DNA of 64,000 bases from Phycisphaerae bacterium (lineage in GTDB: Bacteria; Planctomycetota; Phycisphaerae; UBA1845; Fen-1342), in the NCBI GenBank assembly GCA_050115495.1, contig JASFQK010000006.1, positions 64,001-128,000 on the forward strand, given 5' to 3'. A program made the position numbers and the translations under genes. This document shows positions 28,062 through 35,540 of this stretch, piece after piece (position 1 is the stretch's first letter; each line of letters opens with the position of its first letter). The notes beneath the pieces are model-generated. The model ran no database searches, had not been told where the DNA came from, and saw only the letters and a list, made by a program, of their open reading frames with translations.

Positions 28062-28973
28062 TCAGGGTCCAGCCGTCGGCGCCGGGGTCGGAGCCGGCGT
28101 CGGGGTCGTCGGCGCTGCCGCCGGCAGAATGTACTGATGCCGCGTCTGGTAGATCCTCTGGGCCATCAGGTCGATGTTCCGCTGGGTATGCGTGTCGTTC
28201 CAGCCCAGGTTGCCCCGTGCCAAACCGCCGCCGCCACTGCTATGCAGATCCCAGCCTTCACCCTGAAACGGATCGATCTTGTCGTGCATCGCCTCATGAT
28301 AGGCCATGCCCGCCAGCCCGAACCCGTAACGCGTCCGCAGCAACTCGCTGCGGTTCGCGGCCTGATCGATTGACGGCATCGCTCTCAGCATGATATCCGT
28401 GAAGACCTCGCTCACCGAGGTCCCGTTGTTGACCGGCGGCGTGTTGTCCGTATCGGCTACGCAAAGACCGCCCTCGCTCGGCGTAGACCGGCTGGTGATG
28501 TGGACTCGCCGGAGTTCCTGATAGATCTGGCGCAGGTCACCCGTGGTCTGCCGGGCTCGCTCCTGGAGGTAGCGATTGACCACGCCGCGGCTGCTGGGCG
28601 TGGTGCCGCCCCGCGTCGTGTACCAGTCCGAGAAGTAAATGACGATGTCGCGTGTCCCCACCGGCTCGCTCGAGATATCCAGTGTCCAGATCACCTGGAT
28701 CGCGTTGGGCTGACCGGGCCGCGCCGCCACCAGGTCGAAAATGCTCTGCAAGCGGGTCTGGATGCCCTCGGCCATGCCGTTGGCGTCGTTGCAGTCCGGG
28801 GACAGCGGGTCCACCGCCTGGAGCCAGACCTTCAGGGCGTGGGTGTTCAGCGTGGCTCGCGTCGTACCGGGAGCCGTGCAGCGGGCCGGTTGCGCCGGCT
28901 GCGGGACAGGTACCGCCGGGCCGCCACCCGTGCCGCCGCCCCCACCCGCTCCCGGTGAACCGTTCCAACTCAT
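28062..28973 (-). CDS. Putative zinc metallopeptidase-like effector
   Basis: LAGMAYHEAMHDKID (HExxH, nt 28284-28298); Gly/Pro-rich termini. Confidence 0.6.
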   Translation of the reverse strand: MSWNGSPGAGGGGGTGGGPAVPVPQPAQPARCTAPGTTRATLNTHALKVWLQAVDPLSPDCNDANGMAEGIQTRLQSIFDLVAARPGQPNAIQVIWTLDISSEPVGTRDIVIYFSDWYTTRGGTTPSSRGVVNRYLQERARQTTGDLRQIYQELRRVHITSRSTPSEGGLCVADTDNTPPVNNGTSVSEVFTDIMLRAMPSIDQAANRSELLRTRYGFGLAGMAYHEAMHDKIDPFQGEGWDLHSSGGGGLARGNLGWNDTHTQRNIDLMAQRIYQTRHQYILPAAAPTTPTPAPTPAPTAGP

Positions 28974-29015
28974 CCGCACTGCGCTCCCGCGCGCCGCCGG
29001 GCGGCGCGCTCAACG

Positions 29016-29825
29016 TCAACTCCCGTGCACGTCACGCAGACGATCCCGCGTCTGCTGGTCCGCCTCGCCGGTCTGGTCCAGATTCTCGCGCTGCTGAAAC
29101 TCGCGCAGCGCCGCCCGCGTCCGCTCACCCAGCACACCATCCACGCGCCCCACGTCGAAACCCAAATGCGCCAGCCGGGCCTGGATCCCGCCAGCGCTGT
29201 CGACCGGATCGAGCTGCCCCAGCTCCAGTTCGTACACCTCCCGGTCTGACGCGTCGCTCCGCCCAACCGATAACCGGACCTGCCGGGCGTTGCCGGGAAT
29301 GGGCTCATCCAGCTTGCCGTCGGCGTCGGTCGTGCCCTCGCGACGCTGCCCGTCGAATTCCAGCACGTACGGCTGGTTGGCCCGCGCTTCGTCGTTGCGC
29401 ATCAGCCGCAGCCGCAGCATCGACGGCTCGCCCCGCCGAACGAAACGGTGCCGCATCTCCGACTCGCCGCTCTCCTGCTTCGGCTCCAGCTCCGGCACCT
29501 CAACCTGGTCACCGGGCAGCAGCACGTTTGGATTCTGCCGCGTTTCCTTCAGCTCGGCGTTGGCCGCGTGATCCCAGATCCGCTGCCAGAAATGCCCCGT
29601 ATCCCTGGCGATGCTCGATATGCACTCACCCTGGCGAACCACGCGCTCACCCTGACCGACCGGCTCGGCCGCAGCCGGCGCCTGCTGGCTCTCGCTTTGC
29701 GGCGCCGTCGTCCCGCTGCCGCCAGCAGACGGCTCCGAGCTGGTCCGGGCCTGCTCCAGCCGCCGGCTGAACTCATCGCCGCCCGCAGGGGCCGCTCCGG
29801 ATGGACTGGAATTCGGCGGAGTCAC
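29016..29825 (-). CDS. LysM-like + transthyretin-like + peptidoglycan-binding-domain protein (paralog 3)
   Basis: VVRQGECISSIA...NPNVLLPGDQVEVP; ANQPYVLEFDG...GTTDADG; IQARLAHLGFDVGRVDGVLGERTRAALREFQ. Confidence 0.85.
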   Translation of the reverse strand: MTPPNSSPSGAAPAGGDEFSRRLEQARTSSEPSAGGSGTTAPQSESQQAPAAAEPVGQGERVVRQGECISSIARDTGHFWQRIWDHAANAELKETRQNPNVLLPGDQVEVPELEPKQESGESEMRHRFVRRGEPSMLRLRLMRNDEARANQPYVLEFDGQRREGTTDADGKLDEPIPGNARQVRLSVGRSDASDREVYELELGQLDPVDSAGGIQARLAHLGFDVGRVDGVLGERTRAALREFQQRENLDQTGEADQQTRDRLRDVHGS

Positions 29826-29894
29826 TTGCTGTCCTCTCCGACAAAGCCGGCTGCCGCAGACGTTCGCAGACAGACGTACGTATTACTCAGCATT

Positions 29895-31670
29895 CTACGC
29901 CAACAAGTCTCGATAGCTCTGGGACGGATCCGAGCCGCCGGGCGTCGGATGCACCGGAGGATGCTGCACCTTCTCCCGGGCAGCCTGAATCAGCGCCTGG
30001 ACGCCGGCCTTGGTCATGAACTTGCCACTGGCCTCGTTCATGGTTGGCAGCGGAACGGCCCGCTCGGCATAAAGGTCGCTCCAACTGCTGACGACCAGGC
30101 CGCCGTCCTTGTCAAACACCACGAGCGGTTTCATGTTCCGCGTCGCGCTCGTGGCGTTGGTGATGGCGTCGTCCGTCGTAGTGTACAGCCTGTCGAGGTC
30201 ATCCGGAAACACGTCGTCGGTGGGACCGACCTGCTCAAAGTGAAAGCGCTGCACGCCGAAGACGCTGTATTCCAGCCGGCTGTTGACGTAGCGCCAGCGG
30301 CCCAGGGGGCCGGTGGCTTCGAACGTGTACAACTGGCCCGAAGTCGTGTTCGCTGCCGACTCCTCGACGTACGCCGCACCGTCGAGGGGGTTATAACCCG
30401 TTAGATAACCCTGCCGGGGCATCTGCTCCGAGTTCATCAGCTTGGCCGCCGGGAAGAGCCGAACGATGGCCTCCTCGTGAGAGGCGCGGGACAGGACCGT
30501 GACGTCCGCACCGGCGACGACAGCCCGCGGATCGGCCGGCGCCGCCGGACCGCCGCGGACGCCGTAGCGTTTGACGAAGTGGCTGTGCAGGTCGTTCTGC
30601 CGCCCGTCGACGACGGTGGCGACGCCGTTGGCTCCGTACGGACTGCGGACCTCGAACAGGTAGTGCGTCAGGAAGATCGTGCTGGGGCTGCATGCCCAGG
30701 CCGACGTCAGCATGTGGCTGTCTTGCAGCCGATTCAGGCTGCGCGGCCCCGGAATGTTCTGAGCATGGCCCAACCCCCACGGCCAGTCCTCCGCACTGGG
30801 CAGCGGGTCGGGCAGCTCCGCCGGCGGCGGACCGGCCGTCGTGCCACAGCCCCATCCGTTCGTGCAGATCGCCCAGACGTCGTCGTCACCAGCCCGCTGC
30901 CGCAAATGCCGCGCCATGGGGTTGGCGAATGACCCACCGTAGATCATGCTCCGCGACGCAATCGCGGTCCCGTCCGGACTGGACGAGAAACCCACGCCGA
31001 GCGGCGCGCCGGTCGAGTAGTAGATCCCCACGGCCAGATCCAGCAGAAGCTGGAACTTCATCCCCATCAGGTTGTCGTGCAACTGGTGGTCGCTGGACGG
31101 CGCCCGCCCCGCCTCCTCGAGCGACGTCCCCAGCAGATAGCTGCCCTCACCGTTGAAGTTCAGGTCGGCCAGATCCTCGCGCCCGCAGAGCCGCAGGAAC
31201 TTGAACAGCGGAAACTCGAGCACGTCCCCGGCCACGAAATCGGTCTGCCCCTCCGGATCGACCACTTCCTTGCGCTCATTCAGATTGATCGGCCGGCGCG
31301 CCGTCTGCGACGCTTGGAGCACGCGGAGCGGTCCCTTCCACAACCGCACGTAGTAGAAACCGCTGGCGGCATCGACCGTGTCGTGAATGGGATTCTCGTC
31401 GGTCGACGTGTATGTGATACGAGCCTCGAGGGCGACCGGATGCTCCTCGTCGTAGTCGAACACGGTGGGCCACTGCCCCAGGCGGTGCAGCTCCTCGTCG
31501 TACAGCACGTCTTCCACGTTGTACCACGCGATCATCTTCTGCTTGTACGGCTCGTGACCCAGGCACTGCCGCCAGGCGTCCATCGCCACCCGGTAGTTAA
31601 CCTGGCTGGTCACCACCGCCCGCCGGCAGGGGACGATCCAGTTCAGGTGCTGTTCCCAGGGTTGCGGCAT
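29895..31670 (-). CDS. Hypothetical 591-aa protein, putative effector
   Basis: RBS AGGAG; follows paralog 2; possible C/H/E triad (AWACSP, SHEE, YTFEATG); family not recognised. Confidence 0.65.
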   Translation of the reverse strand: MPQPWEQHLNWIVPCRRAVVTSQVNYRVAMDAWRQCLGHEPYKQKMIAWYNVEDVLYDEELHRLGQWPTVFDYDEEHPVALEARITYTSTDENPIHDTVDAASGFYYVRLWKGPLRVLQASQTARRPINLNERKEVVDPEGQTDFVAGDVLEFPLFKFLRLCGREDLADLNFNGEGSYLLGTSLEEAGRAPSSDHQLHDNLMGMKFQLLLDLAVGIYYSTGAPLGVGFSSSPDGTAIASRSMIYGGSFANPMARHLRQRAGDDDVWAICTNGWGCGTTAGPPPAELPDPLPSAEDWPWGLGHAQNIPGPRSLNRLQDSHMLTSAWACSPSTIFLTHYLFEVRSPYGANGVATVVDGRQNDLHSHFVKRYGVRGGPAAPADPRAVVAGADVTVLSRASHEEAIVRLFPAAKLMNSEQMPRQGYLTGYNPLDGAAYVEESAANTTSGQLYTFEATGPLGRWRYVNSRLEYSVFGVQRFHFEQVGPTDDVFPDDLDRLYTTTDDAITNATSATRNMKPLVVFDKDGGLVVSSWSDLYAERAVPLPTMNEASGKFMTKAGVQALIQAAREKVQHPPVHPTPGGSDPSQSYRDLLA

Positions 31671-31681
31671 CGTCGCTTCTC

Positions 31682-32476
31682 CTAGCGCCCGTACGCATCG
31701 CGCAAGCGATTACGCGTTGCCTCGTCCGGCTCGCCCGTCTGCTCGATCTCCTCGCGAGCCTGAAACGCCGTGATCGCTCGGCGCGTCCGAGGCCCCAAAT
31801 CACCATCCGCCGGCCCGCAGTCGAACCCCAGATTGCTCAGCCGCTGCTGCACGCCCTGCACCGCGCTGAGCGGATCGAGATGCCGGAAGCCGAGCCGGTA
31901 CGTGCGCTGGTTGTTCCCCTCACCCACGCGCACGCGAGCCTCACGAACCCGCGGCGACACCGGGAACTCCAGCTTGCCCTCCGCGTCCGTCGTGCCGCTG
32001 CGCTCCGCCTGCCCGTCGATCTCGGCCGTCCACGGCTCATTCGCCCGCGGTTCACCATTCTCCAGCACGCGCAGCCGGAAGTTCGTCGGCTCACCCCGCC
32101 GGACGAAGCGATGCCGCATCTCCGACTCACCGCTCTCCTGCTTGGGCCGAATCTCGGGAACGGTGACCCGGTCGCCCGGCAGGAGCACGTTGGGATCCTC
32201 GCGAGCCTCTCTCAGCTCCGCGTTGGCCCCCTCGTTCCAGATCGTCTCCCAGAAATGCCCCGTCTCGTTGGCAATGCTCGATATGCACTCACCCTCACGA
32301 ACCACGCGGTTACCCTGGCCGACCGGCTCGGCCGCGGCCGGCGCCCGTTGACTCTCGGCCTGCTGCGCCGTCGTTCCGCTGTTGCCGGCGGACATCCGCG
32401 TGCGCAGTCGCTCCGAGAAATCGTCGCCTCCCCCAGCAGAAACCGGCGTATCCGAACTCTGCGGCGCGTCGCTCAT
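31682..32476 (-). CDS. LysM-like + transthyretin-like + peptidoglycan-binding-domain protein (paralog 2)
   Basis: VVREGECISSIA...DPNVLLPGDRVTVP; ANEPWTAEIDG...GTTDAEG; VQQRLSNLGFDCGPADGDLGPRTRRAITAFQ. Confidence 0.85.
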   Translation of the reverse strand: MSDAPQSSDTPVSAGGGDDFSERLRTRMSAGNSGTTAQQAESQRAPAAAEPVGQGNRVVREGECISSIANETGHFWETIWNEGANAELREAREDPNVLLPGDRVTVPEIRPKQESGESEMRHRFVRRGEPTNFRLRVLENGEPRANEPWTAEIDGQAERSGTTDAEGKLEFPVSPRVREARVRVGEGNNQRTYRLGFRHLDPLSAVQGVQQRLSNLGFDCGPADGDLGPRTRRAITAFQAREEIEQTGEPDEATRNRLRDAYGR

Positions 32477-33165
32477 TGCAGCTTCACCGTAAGCTCGGCG
32501 ATCCCCACCACGTTCTGTCGATTCGACATCATGACCCCGAACGTATCCTCACGTTTGTCCGTCGGCGCGTAATAGACGAGTAGCAGCTTGGGCTTGTCCT
32601 GAATGATCACATGCTCGACCAACCCGGCGACCAACAGCCCTGGCGGCTCGGCCCCGCTGACCTCGACGTCCACCTCGACGCGCTGGCCGGGAGAGATGCT
32701 GTCCGGCCAGTCACACTTGGACAGCTTTGGGGGCTGAACGACTGCCCCGCGGCGCACGCCGGTGCCCGGTCCGGTCAGGATGTCGTCGAGCCAGCGGGCC
32801 CAGCTCAGCAGCTCATCCAGCGGCGGGTCACCGCTCAAGCTGATCACGACATTGTCGCGGCGGAATAGCAGCGTGCCCATCTCCGGCGGCTCGACGCGCC
32901 ATACGCACAGGTCGTCGCCGATCGAATGTTCCTCCGGCGAGCCTCCAATCGTGACGCCGTCGACATGACGATCAAAGAGCTCCTCTGCGCAGGCAACGTC
33001 CTTGACGACGCTCAGTTCCAGGCATACCTCACGCTCATCGGCGAGCCGGATCGTGTAAACGTTCCCAGAGCAATTCAGGTCACGTTCGCAGATGTGAGCA
33101 TCTGGGTGGCGCAGGCGCAAGGCCGTCGGCAGGTCCACGCCGGTCACAAGGTCGTTCGAGGCCAT
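32473..33165 (-). CDS. Hypothetical protein, candidate immunity protein for the transglutaminase-like effector
   Basis: RBS AAGGAGG; acidic; directly downstream of the basic 33239..34678 gene; ATGA overlap with paralog 2. Confidence 0.62.
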   Translation of the reverse strand: MASNDLVTGVDLPTALRLRHPDAHICERDLNCSGNVYTIRLADEREVCLELSVVKDVACAEELFDRHVDGVTIGGSPEEHSIGDDLCVWRVEPPEMGTLLFRRDNVVISLSGDPPLDELLSWARWLDDILTGPGTGVRRGAVVQPPKLSKCDWPDSISPGQRVEVDVEVSGAEPPGLLVAGLVEHVIIQDKPKLLLVYYAPTDKREDTFGVMMSNRQNVVGIAELTVKLQ

Positions 33166-33238
33166 CAATGCTGCCTCCTTGTCCCGAAGCAGCCCGGCCC
33201 CGCGGTCAGCAGCAGACCGGGCAACGCCGCCAACGGCT

Positions 33239-34678
33239 TCAGTGCGGGCATGACCAAGTCAGCTCCATGGTGTCGCTCCCGTAGAGCCAGTCATTCCTCC
33301 CTCCAAATTGCGCGCTGGCGCTCGGAGCGTGGCAGGTAATGGTTCGGCTGCTCACTTTGCCGTACGTAGGGTCATACGTCGTCCCTCCATACTTCGTCAT
33401 CGCGTGGAACTTGAAGTGCGGGTCCTTCTGCGCAGCTCCGTTCTTCGGCGCAGTGACCTGAAACGTGCAGCCATATTTGAGGATGTGCGGCTTAGTGATC
33501 GTGACTCCGAGATTGACCCATTTCTTCCGTTTGGTACGCGTAAGGTAGAATGCGCAATTCGTTGGCCCCGTGCCGCCCCACATGTACACTAGAGACGAAA
33601 CCAACCCGACGCTGCGGCACAAGTAGTGCATTAGCTTGGCATAATCCGTGCATTGGCACTTCTTTTTGCCATAGGTTGACAACACCTTGGACAGTTTCAG
33701 GTCGGCGCCGGGGACGTAGCGCGGCGTCTGCTTGTCGGCCCGCAATCCCTTGTTGATGAAGCCGGCCACGTCGGTCTGGCCGTTCACGTAGCCGCAGGCT
33801 TTCTCCAGAGCCTTCGTGTACAGCGGATTCTCGAGCGGCGTGTCGGCGACCTGGTAGATCTTGTGCGGTCCGGTCGTGAACATCCGGTACCACGTCTTCT
33901 TGTCGTGCGAGTAGGACCAGCGCAGCACGACCTCGCTGATCAGCACCCGGTCGGACAGACGGCCCTTCACGAGCGTGATGTCGTTCACGTCGAAGCTGGG
34001 AGTCGTCACAGTGACGTTGTCCTTCTCGAAGATCAGCGGCGCCGAAAGCCCCCTGAGCTTCTTCGGGTTGCCCCGTTTCGGTCGCGTCAGCCCGACCGCC
34101 CGCAGCGTGATCGGCTTGTCCGTCTCCCCGGAGACCACTTTCACCTTGACCTGGAGCTTGAGCCCGTTCGAGTTCTTCTTGTAGCAGACGGGCAGGTTTC
34201 GTTTCGGAGCGCTCTTCCACACCGGCCCCGTGATCAGCGACTTGCCGATCCACCTGGTCAATTCGCAATCGTCGTGAAACGACAGCTCGATCACCTTGAG
34301 CTTCATCGGCCCAGCGCTGACCGTGGCCCGTTTCTTGCTCGTCGGCGGCTTCCGCGGCACGCGGCTCACCGACGGCTTGGCGGTAGCCGAGGGCAGGAAG
34401 ATCACGCCGGGGGAGTCGGTCGCCGCCATCGGGTGATTGTAACCCTTCTTGGTCACCGGATGGCAGCCAACGAAATAATGCAGATACCACGCCACCTCGG
34501 CCAAATTGATCGTGCCCCAGTTGAAGCGCGCCAATTGCAGCCACGTCCAGCCAACCGTCTTGGCCAGCGACACCAGCGTCTCGCCGTCGTTGACCTGGTG
34601 CGCCGTGAACGCCGCGCGCGAGAGGGCGCCGTGCGGTAGACCGCAGGGGCAGATCGTCTTGGGCTCCTTCTCAACCAT
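33239..34678 (-). CDS. Lys-rich protein with N-terminal LysM-like and C-terminal transglutaminase-like domain; putative effector
   Basis: HQVNDGETLVSLAKTVGWTWLQLARFN; CQCTDYAKLMHYLCRSVG...FHAMTKYGGTTYDPTYG (C-H-D). Confidence 0.72.
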   Translation of the reverse strand: MVEKEPKTICPCGLPHGALSRAAFTAHQVNDGETLVSLAKTVGWTWLQLARFNWGTINLAEVAWYLHYFVGCHPVTKKGYNHPMAATDSPGVIFLPSATAKPSVSRVPRKPPTSKKRATVSAGPMKLKVIELSFHDDCELTRWIGKSLITGPVWKSAPKRNLPVCYKKNSNGLKLQVKVKVVSGETDKPITLRAVGLTRPKRGNPKKLRGLSAPLIFEKDNVTVTTPSFDVNDITLVKGRLSDRVLISEVVLRWSYSHDKKTWYRMFTTGPHKIYQVADTPLENPLYTKALEKACGYVNGQTDVAGFINKGLRADKQTPRYVPGADLKLSKVLSTYGKKKCQCTDYAKLMHYLCRSVGLVSSLVYMWGGTGPTNCAFYLTRTKRKKWVNLGVTITKPHILKYGCTFQVTAPKNGAAQKDPHFKFHAMTKYGGTTYDPTYGKVSSRTITCHAPSASAQFGGRNDWLYGSDTMELTWSCPH

Positions 34679-34714
34679 CGTACGCGCACCTCTCCGCAAT
34701 CACCGTCGGCGGGC

Positions 34715-35494
34715 TCACGAACCGTGCACCTCCAACAGCTTGTCCCGCGTTGCCTCGTCGGGTCGGCCGGTTACCTCCAACTGCTGCGCCTCCTGAAAGG
34801 CAGCCAGGGCGGCCCGCGTCTTCGGACCGAGCATGCCGTCCACCGCGCCGCAGGCGAACCCGAGATTGTTCAACCGCCCCTGCACGCCCGACACCTCGGC
34901 AATCGGCTCGAGCTCGCCCAGGGCCAACGCATACTCATCCTCCTCCTCGCCCACGAACAGCCGCCCGTGCCGCGCGTCGCCGGGGATCGGGTGTTCGAGC
35001 TTGCCCTCGGCGTCGGTCGTCCCCTGGTACGTGCGGCCGGCCACTTCGAGACGATAGGGCTCATTGGCCCGCGGCTGCCCGCCCTCGACGACCTGGATGG
35101 CCACGGCTTGCGGCTCGCCCCGGCGCACGAAACGGTGCCGCATCTCGCTCGCCCCGGACTCCGTCTTCGGCTCGATTTCGCGGATGGACACCCGGTCGCC
35201 GGGCAAGAGAATGTTCTGGTCCCCGCGCGCGCTGCGCAACTCTTCGTTGTTGGGGTCGTTCCAGATCGTCTCCCAGAACAGGCCGTGTTCCTTGGCGATC
35301 GACGCGATGCAGTCGCCGCGGCGCACGATGTGGTCGCCCTGGCCGACGGGGCCGCGTGACTCTGTGTCGACCTCAGCCTCCTGGGCAGCCTGAGCGGCTG
35401 CGGCCGTTAGTGCAGCCTCTTCCGTCTGGCGAGCCCGGGCCTGCGCTTCGACCAACCGTCTGCTGAACTCATCGGCAGCGTCTATAGGGCTCAT
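34715..35494 (-). CDS. LysM-like + transthyretin-like + peptidoglycan-binding-domain protein (paralog 1)
   Basis: True start ATG 35494 after AGGAG; HIVRRGDCIASIA...DQNILLPGDRVSI; ANEPYRLEVAG...GTTDAEG; VQGRLNNLGFACGAVDGMLGPKTRAALAAFQ. Confidence 0.85.
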   Translation of the reverse strand: MSPIDAADEFSRRLVEAQARARQTEEAALTAAAAQAAQEAEVDTESRGPVGQGDHIVRRGDCIASIAKEHGLFWETIWNDPNNEELRSARGDQNILLPGDRVSIREIEPKTESGASEMRHRFVRRGEPQAVAIQVVEGGQPRANEPYRLEVAGRTYQGTTDAEGKLEHPIPGDARHGRLFVGEEEDEYALALGELEPIAEVSGVQGRLNNLGFACGAVDGMLGPKTRAALAAFQEAQQLEVTGRPDEATRDKLLEVHGS

Positions 35495-35540
35495 CGACGT
35501 TTCTCCTGGCGACCCGTCCGCCGGTTGCCAGACAGGTTCG

